A DNA stretch of 64,000 bases from Tagaea sp. (GCA_965279525.1 CBDIIB010000004.1:832001-896000), one strand, 5' to 3'; counted from the stretch's first letter, positions 1 to 12,865 are shown. Notes: a model not told the origin generated them from the letters alone. Made by a program: numbers and translations.

Positions 1-2076
<2,076 letters not shown>

Positions 2077-2087
2077 GGTTATTCGCG

Positions 2088-2327
2088 ATGCCGATGGCCG
2101 CCGCCGATATCGAGAAGCTGATCCGCGAGGCCCTGCCCGACGCCGCCGTGCGCATTGACGACCTGCGCGGCGACGGCGATCATTACGCCTGTCACGTGGC
2201 TTCCGCCCTGTTCAAGGGCAAGAGCCGCGTACAGCAGCATCAGATGGTCTACGCCGCACTCAAGGGCCGCATGGGCGGCGAGTTGCATGCGCTGGCCGTC
2301 CAGACTGAAATTCCGGCGGACGCCTGA
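2088..2327 (+). CDS. bolA: BolA/IbaG family protein
   Basis: 79 aa [10 protein letters not shown]...GDGDHY...[14 protein letters not shown]...LHAL; sits directly before grxD, a usual pairing. Confidence 0.93.
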   Translation: MPMAAADIEKLIREALPDAAVRIDDLRGDGDHYACHVASALFKGKSRVQQHQMVYAALKGRMGGELHALAVQTEIPADA

Positions 2328-2367
2328 GGCGGGCCGCCACCCCCCTTACGAACTTCGGAGTATCGCC

Positions 2368-2700
2368 ATGGACAGCGTCAAGGACCGGATCGAAAGCGAC
2401 CTCAAGGCGAACGACGTGGTGCTCTATATGAAGGGCACGCCCGTCTTCCCGCAATGCGGCTTCTCGTCCGCGGTCGTGCAGGTGCTCACGCATCTGGGCA
2501 TCAAGTTCAAGGGCATCAACGTGCTCGAGGACCCCGAGATCCGCAACGGCATCAAGGATTTCGCGAACTGGCCGACGATCCCGCAGCTCTACGTGAAGGG
2601 CGAGTTCGTCGGCGGCTGCGACATCGTGCGCGAGATGTACCAGACGGGCGAGCTCGCCGAGCTGCTCCAGACCAAGGGCGTCCCGGTCAAGGCGGCCTGA
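2368..2700 (+). CDS. grxD: Monothiol glutaredoxin Grx4
   Basis: CGFS active site and [18 protein letters not shown]; GGAG upstream of ATG 2368. Confidence 0.97.
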   Translation: MDSVKDRIESDLKANDVVLYMKGTPVFPQCGFSSAVVQVLTHLGIKFKGINVLEDPEIRNGIKDFANWPTIPQLYVKGEFVGGCDIVREMYQTGELAELLQTKGVPVKAA

Positions 2701-2720
2701 CATTCACGCATCGGAACGGG

Positions 2721-2747
2721 AAACGGCGGCCTTCGGGCCGCCGTTTT
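2721..2747. terminator. Bidirectional intrinsic terminator
   Basis: AAACGGCGGCC-TTCG-GGCCGCCGTTT perfect stem with C(UUCG)G loop between convergent grxD and the dioxygenase gene. Confidence 0.85.
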
Positions 2748-2751
2748 CGTT

Positions 2752-3531
2752 TCAGGCGAACGAATACGCCGCCATCGACAAGGCACCCATCGTGAAGCTC
2801 GAATGGATGCGCGTGGCCTTCGCACCCTTGCCGCCGGCGCCATAAGCAAGAAACACCGGGATCAAATGTTCGTCACGCGGATGGGCTTGGCGCGCATTGG
2901 GGGCCTGCGCGCGATAGTCGGCAAGCGCCGCCTCGTCGCCTGCTTCGAGTTTCGCGCCGAGCCAGTCGTCGAAATCCCTGGCCCAGGGCTCGATCGCGTC
3001 GCTGCCCTGCCAGGCGAGGGCGCGAAGATTGTGGACAGCCCCACCCGAGCCGACGATCAGCACGCCTTCCGAGCGCAGCGGGGCGAGGGCGCGGCCCACG
3101 GCTATGTGGTGGGCGGGCCCGAGCTGCGGCTGGATCGCGATCTGGGCGACCGGGATCTTCGCGTCGGGATACGCGAGCATCAGCGGAACCCATGCCCCGT
3201 GATCGAGCCCCTGCCCCGCATCGCCGGCCGTGGCGATGCCGGCGGCATCCAGCAAGGCAGCCGCTTTCGCAGCCACGTCCGGTGCACCGGGTGCAGGATA
3301 GGAAATCGCGTAGAGCTCGCGCGGGAAGCCGGTGAAATCGTGGATCGTTTCGGGCTTCGTGGCGAGCGACACGGCAGGTGCCGCCGTCTCCCAGTGCGCC
3401 GAGGCGACGAGGATCGCCTTGGGGCGGGGCAACGCGGCGCCCAGCCCGCGAAGGAAATCGCGGGCCGGGATGTCGTCGAGCGGCAGCGTCGGCGCGCCGT
3501 GCGAAACGAAGATGGAAGGAAGCGTCGTCAC
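2752..3531 (-). CDS. 4,5-DOPA extradiol dioxygenase-like (LigB/YgiD family) ring-cleavage dioxygenase
   Basis: GTG start overlapping the GST stop (GTGA); motifs SHGAP, SAHW, GLDHGAWVPL, GSGGAVHNL, HPRDEH. Confidence 0.9.
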   Translation of the reverse strand: MTTLPSIFVSHGAPTLPLDDIPARDFLRGLGAALPRPKAILVASAHWETAAPAVSLATKPETIHDFTGFPRELYAISYPAPGAPDVAAKAAALLDAAGIATAGDAGQGLDHGAWVPLMLAYPDAKIPVAQIAIQPQLGPAHHIAVGRALAPLRSEGVLIVGSGGAVHNLRALAWQGSDAIEPWARDFDDWLGAKLEAGDEAALADYRAQAPNARQAHPRDEHLIPVFLAYGAGGKGAKATRIHSSFTMGALSMAAYSFA

Positions 3532-4139
3532 GGCACCTTCATACCACGTTGGACGGCCGGGCGCGCCGCGATCGCTTCGCGCCAGCGCTGGAAGTTGGGA
3601 AGCTTCGATGGATCGGCGCCGAACCAGTCGCCCGCCACCCACGGATAGACCGCCATGTCGGCGATCGAATAGTCGCCGGCAAGGTACGGCGCTTCGCCCA
3701 GACGCTTCTCCAGCACGCCGAGCAGCCGGTCGACTTCCTTCTGGTAGCGCTCGATCGCGTAGGGAACCTTCTCCGACGCCGACTTCGCGAAGTGCCAGAG
3801 CTGGCCGAACATCGGGCCGATGCCGCCCATCTGCCACATCAGCCACTGGTGCGTCGTGGCGCGCGCGGCCGGATCGACCGGCAGGAAGCGGCCCGTCTTC
3901 TCCGCCAGATAGAACAGGATGGCACCCGATTCGAACAGCGACAGGGGCTTGCCCCCGGGACCGTCGATGTCGACGATCGCGGGGATCTTGTTGTTGGGCG
4001 ATATCTTCAGGAAGCCGGGCGCGAACTGCTCGTCCTTCGAGAAGTCGATCGGATGCACCTTGTAGGGCAGCCCCGTCTCCTCGAGGAAGATCGCGACCTT
4101 GCGGCCGTTCGGCGTGCCGGCGGTGTGGAACTCGATCAT
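3528..4139 (-). CDS. Glutathione S-transferase, YfcG/Nu-class-like
   Basis: TPNG N-terminal motif, ISPNNKIPAIVD, FESGAIL, YSIADMA. Confidence 0.92.
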   Translation of the reverse strand: MIEFHTAGTPNGRKVAIFLEETGLPYKVHPIDFSKDEQFAPGFLKISPNNKIPAIVDIDGPGGKPLSLFESGAILFYLAEKTGRFLPVDPAARATTHQWLMWQMGGIGPMFGQLWHFAKSASEKVPYAIERYQKEVDRLLGVLEKRLGEAPYLAGDYSIADMAVYPWVAGDWFGADPSKLPNFQRWREAIAARPAVQRGMKVP

Positions 4140-4143
4140 CGAA

Positions 4144-4701
4144 TCAGCCCTTCAGCTTCTTCGCCAACCCCGCGACGCGCGCACCCAGAGCCGCACCCGA
4201 TGCCTGGTCGTCCTTCGACGGGTTCGTGTCGGTCGGTGCCGCATTCTCGGACGTCGCCATCACGCCACCCCAAGCGGAGAGCCGGTTGAGCGTGACGTCG
4301 CCCTGCTTGGTGCCGACCATGACGCCCTGGCTCACCCAGACCATCGAGTGCTGCATGGCGAGCGTCCACATGTAGGTGAGCGTCGAGAACTTGTCGCCCG
4401 ACGGGCCGGAGCTGTTCGTGAAGCCGGCGGCGAGCTTGTCCTTCCAGTCTTGCGTGAACCACGCCTTCGCGGTCGTATCGGCCCATGTCTTGAAGGGACC
4501 CGAAACGCCGCCCATGTAGGTGGGCGATCCGAAGATGATCGCGTCGGCGGCCTTCAGCGTCTCGGCCTTCGCCTCGGCCTCGGCGACCGGGATGAGGTCG
4601 ACGGTCGTGCCGGCAACCGATGCCGCCCCCTTGGCCACGGCTTCCGCCAGGACCTTCGTGTGCCCGAATCCGCTGTGATAGACGATCGCGACCTTGGCCA
4701 T
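4144..4701 (-). CDS. WrbA-like flavodoxin / NAD(P)H:quinone oxidoreductase
   Basis: YHSGFGHT FMN phosphate loop, FGSPTYMG, AAGFTNS, SGDK. Confidence 0.88.
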   Translation of the reverse strand: MAKVAIVYHSGFGHTKVLAEAVAKGAASVAGTTVDLIPVAEAEAKAETLKAADAIIFGSPTYMGGVSGPFKTWADTTAKAWFTQDWKDKLAAGFTNSSGPSGDKFSTLTYMWTLAMQHSMVWVSQGVMVGTKQGDVTLNRLSAWGGVMATSENAAPTDTNPSKDDQASGAALGARVAGLAKKLKG

Positions 4702-4771
4702 TGTTCGACTCCTCGAAGTAAGTTACATTTCCATACCGACACCATATCGCGTCTTCGATATGCTTTGTAAA

Positions 4772-4793
4772 GTAGGTACCGTTTGGTAACTAC
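4772..4793. promoter_or_regulatory. Candidate operator for the divergent HxlR-family regulator
   Basis: GTAGGTACC-GTTT-GGTAACTAC inverted repeat (8/9 match) in the divergent intergenic region; second inverted repeat CATATCG-N6-CGATATG at 4743-4762. Confidence 0.55.
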
Positions 4794-4815
4794 CCTTGGA
4801 TCGCGGAGACCAGCC

Positions 4816-5166
4816 ATGCCGATGCCGAAAAGCCCGATGGGCTGCCCGATGGACGCCCTGCTCCGCCTGCTGATGGGGCCGTGGACGACGTACATCCTGT
4901 GGGTCTTGCGCAACCACGGGCCGACGCGCTTCGGCGCGCTGAAGCGCCATGTCGCCGGCATCTCCGCCAAGATGCTGACCGAGCGGCTGCGGCTGCTGGA
5001 AAGCGCCGACGTCGTCGCGCGCGCCTACGAGCCGACGATCCCCCCGCAGGTGACATACTCGCTCACCGCGCGCGGCGAGGAACTGTCGCTGGTCTTCAAG
5101 AAGCTCGACGAAATCGCGCGGCGCTGGCGCGACGAGGACATGAAGCGCGGGAAAAAAGCCGCCTGA
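4816..5166 (+). CDS. HxlR/YodB family winged-helix transcriptional regulator
   Basis: N-terminal GCP cysteine, RFGALKR, ISAKMLTERLRLLE, PPQVTYSLT; GGAG upstream of ATG 4816. Confidence 0.92.
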   Translation: MPMPKSPMGCPMDALLRLLMGPWTTYILWVLRNHGPTRFGALKRHVAGISAKMLTERLRLLESADVVARAYEPTIPPQVTYSLTARGEELSLVFKKLDEIARRWRDEDMKRGKKAA

Positions 5167-5172
5167 AACGGA

Positions 5173-5203
5173 AAAGGCCGGCCCCGAGGGACCGGCCTTT
5201 CTT
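5173..5203. terminator. Bidirectional intrinsic terminator
   Basis: AAAGGCCGG...CCGGCCTTT stem flanked by A and T runs between convergent hxlR and rpsD. Confidence 0.75.
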
Positions 5204-5223
5204 GTCCGGAATGTTCCCGACCG

Positions 5224-5841
5224 TCAGCGCGAATAGAATTCGATGACGAGGTTCGGTTCCATCTGCACGGGGTACGGCACGTCCGAGAGCTTCGGCGTGC
5301 GCACGAACTTGCCCTTGAACGCCTTCTGGTCGACGACTTCCAGATAGTCGGGAACCTGGCGCTCCTGCGAGGAGACCGCCTCGAGCACCTGGACGTTCTC
5401 GCGCATCTTCGGATTGAGCTCGACCGTGTCGCCTTCCTTGACGAACATCGAGGCGATGTCGGCGCGCTTGCCGTTGATCAGCACGTGGCCGTGGCTGACG
5501 ATCTGGCGGGCGGCGAACACCGTCGGCGCGAACTTCAGGCGGTAGACGACCGCGTCCAGACGGCGCTCGAGAAGGCCGATCAGGTTCTCGGACGTGTCGC
5601 CCTTCTTGCGGATGGCTTCCGTGTAGATCTTGCGGAACTGGCGCTCGGTGATGTTGCCGTAATAGCCCTTCAGCTTCTGCTTGGCGCGCAGCTGGGTGCC
5701 GAAATCGGTCGGCTTCTTGCGGCGCTGCCCGTGCTGGCCGGGGCCGTATTCGCGCTTGTTGACCGGGCTCTTCTCGCGGCCCCAGAGGTTTTCCCCGAGG
5801 CGGCGGTTGATCTTGTATTTGGACTCTTGACGCTTCGACAT
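5224..5841 (-). CDS. rpsD: 30S ribosomal protein S4
   Basis: [22 protein letters not shown]...PGQHG...[11 protein letters not shown]...EFYSR; GAGGAG SD. Confidence 0.98.
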   Translation of the reverse strand: MSKRQESKYKINRRLGENLWGREKSPVNKREYGPGQHGQRRKKPTDFGTQLRAKQKLKGYYGNITERQFRKIYTEAIRKKGDTSENLIGLLERRLDAVVYRLKFAPTVFAARQIVSHGHVLINGKRADIASMFVKEGDTVELNPKMRENVQVLEAVSSQERQVPDYLEVVDQKAFKGKFVRTPKLSDVPYPVQMEPNLVIEFYSR

Positions 5842-6036
5842 GGTTTCATCGTCTCCTCGGCGGCCTCGTGGAGCCTGGCGCAACCCCGTGACGCGCCGCC
5901 GAAAAAAAGTTGAACGAGCGATCCCTCGGTAATGGCCCGTCGTTAAAACGGGGCAAAGCCTTGCCAGGCAGGGGAACCTCGTCCGAAGGCGGCGGAGTAT
6001 AGTCATCGCCGGGGTTCTGTCAAACGCGGGATTTGC

Positions 6037-7845
6037 ATGCGCGAACAAGAGGTTGAGGAGGGTTTGCAGCGCTGGTCGATGACCAGCGTGATGACGCTGT
6101 CGATTGCGGGACTCGTCGGGCTGGCGCTGGCGGTGGTCCTGGTGATCCAGATTTCGGTCGGCCGCACCGCGACGAACGACCTTTTCCGCGCCAAGGGCGA
6201 CCTGATGGTCGACCTGATCGCCAGCCGCGTGCGCGCCCAGCTCGACCCGGCCTCCGCCCAGCTCTCCTTCATCGCCGAGGTGCTGGCACAGCCGGGCGTC
6301 AATTACGGCCGCAGCCGCATCGCCGACCTGATGACCGGGGCGCTGGCCGGCGCCCCGCAGATCCACCGGCTCGTCTTCATCTATCCCGACGCGAAGGCGG
6401 TGATCGTCGAGCGCGGGATCGATGCGGCCAACGTCACCTTCCCCGATCTCGGCGACTTGCCGCATGTGCGCGAGGGCCTGCGCGAGGCGCATGCCAGCGT
6501 GGGCGGCCGCTGGGGCGAGTTCATCTTCACGGATGCCGGATCCGGACCTGCCGTCAACCGCCGGCACGCGGTGTGGCGCGACGGCCAGTTCGTCGGCGCG
6601 CTCGCCGCCCTCGTGCCGCTGCGCGACCTGTCGGTCATCGTCGAACAGTCGGTCGCGGCCGAGTATGGCGGCGTGCCGTTCATCCTCCATGGCGACGAGG
6701 CCGTGCTGGCGCACCGGCGGCTGATGACGCCCTTCCCCGGCCTGTCGCCCGAGCATCCGCTGCCCACGCTCGCCGAGATCGGTGACCCGGTGTTGGCCCA
6801 GATCTGGTCGGGCCGGCGTGCGGCCCCGCTTCTGGTCCAGGGCGAAGGCCTGCGCGCGGTTTCGGTCGAGGGCCAGACCTACATCTTCCTGCACAAGCAG
6901 CTGCCCGAGTTCGGCACGGTTCCCTGGAATGTCGGCGCCTATTTCCGCGTCGGCGACTTCGCCGACGACGTCCGCTCGATGGCGCTTGCCGGTTTCGCCG
7001 GCCTGGTCGTTCTCGCCTTCGCGCTTGCGTTCGCGGTCGTGCTCGCGCGGCGTCTCGCCCGGCCCACGCGGCGCTTCGCGCGCGCGGCCGCACAGCTCGC
7101 CGACTTCGACTTCGAAAGCGCCGACAGCCTCGCGCGCAGCCGGATCCGCGAGATCGACGAGCAGGCGGTCGCCTTCAACCGCCTGATCGCGGCCCTGCGC
7201 TGGTTCGAAGCCTACGTGCCGCGCAAGCTGGTGCGCCAGCTCGCCCGCCATCCCGAGCGGGGCGGGATCGTCTCGTCGACCCGCGAAGTGACGATCATGT
7301 TCACCGACATCGTCGGGTTCACCGCACTCTCGCAGACGATGACGCCCGAAGCGACGGCCGACATGCTCAACCGCCATTTCGCGCAGGTCATCGCCGCGAT
7401 CGAGGCGACGGGGGGAACGCTCGACAAGTTCATGGGCGACGGCGTGATGGCCTTCTGGGGAGCACCTGAAAGCCATGACAGCCACGCGCGCGCGGCCCTC
7501 GACACGGCGCGCGCCATCGCCGCGGCCGTCGCGACGGGCGATCTGCGGGTGCGCATCGGCGTGCATACCGGCCCCGTCGTCGCCGGAAATGTCGGCAGCC
7601 GCGAACGGCTCAACTACACGATCCTGGGCGACGCGGTGAACGTCACGCAGCGCATCGAGCAGCTTGGCCACGGGCTGATGGAAGCCGGCGAGCGGACCTG
7701 CGTTCTCGCAAGCCGCATCACCTTCGAAGCGGCCGGCGCACCGGCGGATTTCATCGCGGCAGGCGAGTTCAGCCTGCGCGGCCGCGAGGCCCCGGTCGAG
7801 ATTTTCCGGCTTTTGCCAGATGGGGCCGCTCGACGAGCCCCGTGA
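6037..7845 (+). CDS. Membrane-anchored class III adenylate cyclase (TM-sensor-TM-HAMP-cyclase)
   Basis: Two hydrophobic helices flanking a ~260 aa sensor region; intact [15 protein letters not shown] and [13 protein letters not shown] (Lys/Thr adenine specificity). Start could be 6079. Confidence 0.9.
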   Translation: MREQEVEEGLQRWSMTSVMTLSIAGLVGLALAVVLVIQISVGRTATNDLFRAKGDLMVDLIASRVRAQLDPASAQLSFIAEVLAQPGVNYGRSRIADLMTGALAGAPQIHRLVFIYPDAKAVIVERGIDAANVTFPDLGDLPHVREGLREAHASVGGRWGEFIFTDAGSGPAVNRRHAVWRDGQFVGALAALVPLRDLSVIVEQSVAAEYGGVPFILHGDEAVLAHRRLMTPFPGLSPEHPLPTLAEIGDPVLAQIWSGRRAAPLLVQGEGLRAVSVEGQTYIFLHKQLPEFGTVPWNVGAYFRVGDFADDVRSMALAGFAGLVVLAFALAFAVVLARRLARPTRRFARAAAQLADFDFESADSLARSRIREIDEQAVAFNRLIAALRWFEAYVPRKLVRQLARHPERGGIVSSTREVTIMFTDIVGFTALSQTMTPEATADMLNRHFAQVIAAIEATGGTLDKFMGDGVMAFWGAPESHDSHARAALDTARAIAAAVATGDLRVRIGVHTGPVVAGNVGSRERLNYTILGDAVNVTQRIEQLGHGLMEAGERTCVLASRITFEAAGAPADFIAAGEFSLRGREAPVEIFRLLPDGAARRAP

Positions 7846-8554
7846 GCATGCCGTGCGCGGTGCGGATTTCCTGCGCGTTGGGCCGTGCGCGCAGGAAAAA
7901 GGCACGCAGGTTGCGTACCGCCGCCGGCCGCATCGCTTCGTTTCTCAGGAAGCCGCACGCGTCGAGCTCGGCTTCGAGACGCTTCAGGAACCCGTCGATC
8001 TCTTCCTTGGTCGCGGGCTCCCCGCGCCCCGTGCGCACGCGGCGCTCGGGTGTTTCGTCGTGCGCGCGCGCCCATTCCCAGCCCACGAGCAGCACGGCCT
8101 GCGCGAGATTGAGCGAGTCGAAATCCGGATTGACCGGGAACGGCACCATCGCGTCGGCGAGCGTGACCTCGTCGTTCTCCAGCCCCGTGCGCTCGGCACC
8201 GAACAGGAAACCCACGCGTTCGCCAGCGACGAGGGCGGCCCGGGTCGAGGCGATGGCGGCCTGTGGCGTCAGCACCGGCTTCACCATGTCGCGGTCGCGC
8301 GGGCATGTGGCGTAGACGCGCGTCAGGTCGGCAATGGCGCCTTCGACCTCGTCGAACAGCTTCGCGTTGGCGAGCACCGCATCGGCACCGGATGCAGCCC
8401 GGTTCGCCCGCTCGTCGGGAAACGGGCAGCGCGGGCGCACGAGGCGCAGGTCGACGAGACCGCAATTGAGCATCGCGCGCGCCGCCGTGCCGATATTCTC
8501 GGCGAGTTGCGGGCGCACGAGGATGATCGCGGGCGCGATCTCGGGCAGCGCCAT
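7769..8554 (-). CDS. trmJ: SPOUT RNA methyltransferase, TrmJ/LasT family
   Basis: [39 protein letters not shown]; start overlaps the cimA stop (TGATG). Confidence 0.9.
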   Translation of the reverse strand: MALPEIAPAIILVRPQLAENIGTAARAMLNCGLVDLRLVRPRCPFPDERANRAASGADAVLANAKLFDEVEGAIADLTRVYATCPRDRDMVKPVLTPQAAIASTRAALVAGERVGFLFGAERTGLENDEVTLADAMVPFPVNPDFDSLNLAQAVLLVGWEWARAHDETPERRVRTGRGEPATKEEIDGFLKRLEAELDACGFLRNEAMRPAAVRNLRAFFLRARPNAQEIRTAHGMLTGLVERPHLAKAGKSRPGPRGRAG

Positions 8555-10164
8555 CACGCCCCCGGGGCTTGCGTGCCGTCGCGGTAGAGCTTCCAGGTGA
8601 TCGAATCGTTGAGGGCGGTGTACGAGGCGTCGATGACGTTCTCGGACACGCCGACGGTTCCCCACGTGCGGATCTCGCCGTGCGCGTGGCCATCCGCGCT
8701 TTCGATCATCACGCGCGTGACGGCGGCCGTCGCGCGCTCGGGTGCGAGGATGCGCACCTTGTAGTCGACGAGCTTCAGCTCCGCGAGTGCGGGATAGAAC
8801 GGCAGGAGTGCCGCGCGCAGCGCCCGGTCGAGTGCTTCGACAGGCCCCTTGCCTTCGCCTACCGTCAGCCGGCGTTCGGTCCCGACGTCGAGCTTCACGG
8901 TCGCTTCCGACAGCGTGACGAGCTCGCCGCGCGCGTTGAAGCGCCGCTCGGAGATGACGCGGAAGGAATGCAGGCGGAAATACTCGGGCACGCCATGCAT
9001 CAGGCGGCGGGCCAGCAGCTCGAACGAGCCGTCCGCGCCGTCGTATGTGTAGCCCTCGTGTTCGCGTGCCTTGATCTCGTCGAGCAGCTTGCCGATGACC
9101 GGGCTTTTGGCGTCGATCTCGAGACCGATGTCCTTGAAGCGCGCCAGCACGTTCGAGCGGCCCGACTGGTCGGACACGACGACATGGCGGCGGTTGCCCA
9201 CCGTCTCGGGCGGGATGTGCTCGTAGGTCTTCGGGTCCTTCTCGACGGCCGACACATGCAGGCCGCCCTTGTGCGCGAAAGCACTCTCGCCGACATAAGC
9301 AGCGTTGCGCGCCGGCGGGCGGTTGAGCCGCTCGTCGAGCAGACGCGAGATCGACGTGAGATGCGTCATCTTCTCCGCATCGATGCCGACGTCGTATCCC
9401 ATCTTGATGACGAGATTGGGGATCACCGACACGAGATTGGCGTTGCCGCAGCGCTCACCCAGCCCGTTGAGCGTGCCCTGCACCTGACGCACGCCCGCCC
9501 GCACGGCAGCCAGCGAGTTGGCGACCGCGTTCTCGGTGTCGTTGTGGCAGTGGATGCCCAAGCGGTCGCCGGGGATGGTCTTGGCGATCTCGCCGACGAT
9601 CCGCTCGATCTCGTGCGGCAGCGTTCCGCCGTTGGTGTCGCAAAGGATGATCCAGCGCGCACCCGCCGCGTGCGCCGCCTTCAGGCAGTCGAGCGCGAAG
9701 CCCGGATTGGCCTTGTAGCCGTCGAAGAAATGCTCGGCATCGAACATCGCTTCCTTGCCTCGGTTCTTCGCCTCGACAAGGCTTTCGGCGATCATGTCGA
9801 TGTTCTCGGCCTTCGAGATGCCGAGCGCCAGGTCGACATGGAAGTCCCATGTCTTGCCGACAAGGCACGCGGCCGGTGCCGGCGTGCCGAGCACGGCCGC
9901 GAGGCCGGGATCGTTGCCGGCCGAGCGGCCGCTGCGTCGCGTCATGCCGAAGGACGACACGCGCGCGTGGTTGAGCTGCGGCAGCTGCGCGAAGAACGCG
10001 TCGTCGGTGGGGTTGGCCCCCGGCCAGCCGCCTTCGACATAGTCGATGCCGATCCGGTCGAGGGCGCGCGTGATCGCGACCTTGTCGGCCACGCCGAAAT
10101 CGACACCCTGCGTCTGCGCACCGTCGCGCAGCGTTGAGTCGTACATGTAAACCCGATCGCCCAT
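8554..10164 (-). CDS. cimA: Citramalate synthase
   Basis: DSTLRDGAQ, EGGWPGANP, DAEHFFDG, HCHND, GERCGN, HKGGLH; C-terminal regulatory domain. Confidence 0.92.
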   Translation of the reverse strand: MGDRVYMYDSTLRDGAQTQGVDFGVADKVAITRALDRIGIDYVEGGWPGANPTDDAFFAQLPQLNHARVSSFGMTRRSGRSAGNDPGLAAVLGTPAPAACLVGKTWDFHVDLALGISKAENIDMIAESLVEAKNRGKEAMFDAEHFFDGYKANPGFALDCLKAAHAAGARWIILCDTNGGTLPHEIERIVGEIAKTIPGDRLGIHCHNDTENAVANSLAAVRAGVRQVQGTLNGLGERCGNANLVSVIPNLVIKMGYDVGIDAEKMTHLTSISRLLDERLNRPPARNAAYVGESAFAHKGGLHVSAVEKDPKTYEHIPPETVGNRRHVVVSDQSGRSNVLARFKDIGLEIDAKSPVIGKLLDEIKAREHEGYTYDGADGSFELLARRLMHGVPEYFRLHSFRVISERRFNARGELVTLSEATVKLDVGTERRLTVGEGKGPVEALDRALRAALLPFYPALAELKLVDYKVRILAPERATAAVTRVMIESADGHAHGEIRTWGTVGVSENVIDASYTALNDSITWKLYRDGTQAPGA

Positions 10165-10165
10165 C

Positions 10166-11530
10166 TTACCCGCCCCGCTTCCAAGTCGTTCCCTTCGGGC
10201 CATCCTCGAGGACGACCCCCTTCGCCTTCAGATCGTTTCTAATTCGATCTGCTTCGGCGAAATCCCGGGACTTGCGCGCGGCAAGGCGTGCTTCGATGGC
10301 CGCTTCGATATCGGCATCGCTCGGGCCCGCACCGGCCACTTGCTTGAACCAGACTTCGGGGTCCCACTGCAACAGGCCCAGCAATCGGCCCGCGTCGAGC
10401 AACGCCGCCTTGGCATCGGGCGAACGCGTCGTGTTGAGCTGGCGGGCGATTTCGTGCATTTCCGCCAGCGCCTTGGCGGTGTTGAGGTCGTCGCCAAGTG
10501 CAGCCAGAACCGTGTCGGCCTTGGCGGCCGACGGCGCCACATCCGCGCTCGCGCGAAGCGCCGTATAGAAGCGGTCGAGGTCGCCCTTGGCCTCGCGCAG
10601 TCCGTCTTCGGTGAAATCCAGCGGTGCGCGGTAATGCGTCTTCAGCAGCAGGAGGCGGATCGCCTCGCCGGGCCATTTGGCCAGCAGGTCGCGCACCGTG
10701 AAGAAATTACCGAGACTCTTCGACATCTTCTCGCCGTTCACGACGAGGAAACCGTTATGCATCCAGTACTTCGAGAACTGGACGCCGCCATGCGCACAGA
10801 CGGACTGCGCGACCTCGTTCTCGTGATGCGGGAACAGCAGGTCCTGCCCGCCGCCGTGGATGTCGATGGTCAGGGTCTTGAACACGTCCTTGGCCATCGC
10901 CGAGCATTCGATGTGCCAGCCCGGTCGGCCGCGGCCCCACTTGCTGTCCCAGCCCGGCTGCTCCGGCGTCGAGGGCTTCCACAGCACGAAATCGCCCGGG
11001 TCCTTCTTGAAGGGGGCGACCTCGACGCGGCTGCCTGCGATCTGCTCGTCGCGCGAACGGCCCGAGAGCTTGCCGTAATCGGCAAAGCTCGTCACGTCGA
11101 ACAGCACATGGCCTTGCGCCGCATAGGCATGGCCCTTGTCGACGAGCGTGCCGATCATCTCCAGCATCTGGGGCACGGTGCGCGTGCAGCGTGGCTCGAC
11201 ATCCGGCGACAAGGCACCCACCGCCGCCATGTCGGCGTGGTAGGCGGCGATCGTCTCTTCGGTGATCGTGTCGATATGCACGCCGCGCTGCAGGGCGCGC
11301 TCGATGATCTTGTCGTCGATGTCGGTGATGTTGCGCGCGTAGGTGACGCGCGGATAGAGGCGCTTCAGCACGCGGTAGAGCGTGTCGAACACCACGACGG
11401 GCCGCGCGTTGCCGATGTGTGCGGTGTCATAGACCGTCGGCCCGCATACGTACATGCGCACGTGGCCGGGATCGAGCGGCTCGAACCGCTCTTTCCTGCG
11501 CGACATCGAATTGTGGACGTGGAGTTCCAT
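10166..11530 (-). CDS. cysS: Cysteine--tRNA ligase
   Basis: YVCGPTVY, HIGN, PGWHIECSAM, KMSKSLGN. Confidence 0.98.
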   Translation of the reverse strand: MELHVHNSMSRRKERFEPLDPGHVRMYVCGPTVYDTAHIGNARPVVVFDTLYRVLKRLYPRVTYARNITDIDDKIIERALQRGVHIDTITEETIAAYHADMAAVGALSPDVEPRCTRTVPQMLEMIGTLVDKGHAYAAQGHVLFDVTSFADYGKLSGRSRDEQIAGSRVEVAPFKKDPGDFVLWKPSTPEQPGWDSKWGRGRPGWHIECSAMAKDVFKTLTIDIHGGGQDLLFPHHENEVAQSVCAHGGVQFSKYWMHNGFLVVNGEKMSKSLGNFFTVRDLLAKWPGEAIRLLLLKTHYRAPLDFTEDGLREAKGDLDRFYTALRASADVAPSAAKADTVLAALGDDLNTAKALAEMHEIARQLNTTRSPDAKAALLDAGRLLGLLQWDPEVWFKQVAGAGPSDADIEAAIEARLAARKSRDFAEADRIRNDLKAKGVVLEDGPKGTTWKRGG

Positions 11531-12864
11531 CAAGCGACCTTGCCTTCGAGGCGCGCGAGGGTACGCGATCTTCCCAGCATCGGCAGCAGCGATTTCATCT
11601 CCGGCCCGTGCTCGCGCGCCGTCAGCGCCAGACGCAGCGGCAAGAACAGCTCCTTGCCCTTGCGGCCGGTAGCCGCCCCAAGCGCCTTGGTCCAGCCGCC
11701 CCAAGTCTCCGACGTCCAGGGTTCCGGCGGCAGCAGGCCTGCGGCCTGCGACAGGAACGCCACATCACCCGCGACGGGCACGACCGGCTCGCGGCACAGC
11801 GCCCACCAGTCGGCCGCATCCACGACCCGGTTCAGGTTCGGGCGCACCGTCTCCCAAAAGGCGGTGTCGGCGCCGACCGGCAGGCGAGCGGCGACCGCAT
11901 CGAACGAAAGCTGGTGCACGATCTTGGCGTTGAGCCGGACGATGTCTTCGGGATCGAGCTTCGGCGAGGAGCGGCTGAAGCGTGCGAAGCCGAAACCGGG
12001 AACGAGGTCGGCAAGTGCGGTCTTCGGCTCGACCGGATCGGCCGTGCCCAAGCGCGCGATCAGCGAGGCGATGGCGACCGGCTCGATCCCGTCGGCGCGC
12101 AGGTTCGCGATCGACAGCGAGCCGATGCGCTTGGAAAGACTGTGCCCGCCCGCATCCGCGATCAGAGGGAAATGCGCGAAAGCCGGCATCTGGGTGTCGC
12201 TGGCGAGTGCCGCGAAGATCTGGATCTGGACAGCCGTGTTGGTGACGTGATCCTCGCCACGAATGACGTGGCTGACGCCAAGCTCGATGTCGTCGACGAC
12301 CGAGGCGAGCGTATAGGTCGGCGAACCGTCGGCACGCACCAGCACGGGGTCGGAGACCTTGCTGGCGTGATAGCCGCACTGCCCGCGGATGCGGTCCTCC
12401 CACCCCGTCTCGACATAGTCGAGCATGAACCGCCAGTGCGGCTGCCGCCCCTCGGCCTCGTAGGCCTTCTTCTGGGCGGCCGACAGGCGCAGGGCGGCGC
12501 GGTCGTAGACCTGCACGCCGCCATCCGCGACCTGCCCGAAACGGCGCAGCTTCAGTTCCTCGGGCGTCTCGTAGCAGGCGTAGAGGCGCCCCATCTCCTT
12601 CAGGGCCTCGGCGGCGGCCGCATAGCGGTCGAGCCGGTCGGACTGGCGCGCGAACTCGTCCCAGTCGAGACCGAGCCAGCGCAGGTCTTCCTCGATCGCG
12701 GCGGCGAATTCGGGCGTGGAACGCTCGCGGTCGGTGTCGTCCAGGCGCAGCAGGAACACGCCGCCGTTCTTGCGCGCGAACAGCCAGTTCAGCAGGGCCG
12801 CGCGCACGTTGCCCAGATGCAGGCGCCCGGTCGGCGACGGAGCGAAGCGCACGCGCACCGACAT
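11530..12864 (-). CDS. gltX: Glutamate--tRNA ligase
   Basis: [27 protein letters not shown]; 444 aa form found next to cysS in alphaproteobacteria. Confidence 0.95.
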   Translation of the reverse strand: MSVRVRFAPSPTGRLHLGNVRAALLNWLFARKNGGVFLLRLDDTDRERSTPEFAAAIEEDLRWLGLDWDEFARQSDRLDRYAAAAEALKEMGRLYACYETPEELKLRRFGQVADGGVQVYDRAALRLSAAQKKAYEAEGRQPHWRFMLDYVETGWEDRIRGQCGYHASKVSDPVLVRADGSPTYTLASVVDDIELGVSHVIRGEDHVTNTAVQIQIFAALASDTQMPAFAHFPLIADAGGHSLSKRIGSLSIANLRADGIEPVAIASLIARLGTADPVEPKTALADLVPGFGFARFSRSSPKLDPEDIVRLNAKIVHQLSFDAVAARLPVGADTAFWETVRPNLNRVVDAADWWALCREPVVPVAGDVAFLSQAAGLLPPEPWTSETWGGWTKALGAATGRKGKELFLPLRLALTAREHGPEMKSLLPMLGRSRTLARLEGKVA

Positions 12865-12865
12865 G

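Noticed and set aside
5224-7905. 893-aa ORF appearing to fuse rpsD to a long N-terminal extension
   Set aside because: The extension is the antisense frame of the adenylate cyclase; rpsD has its own SD and ATG at 5841.
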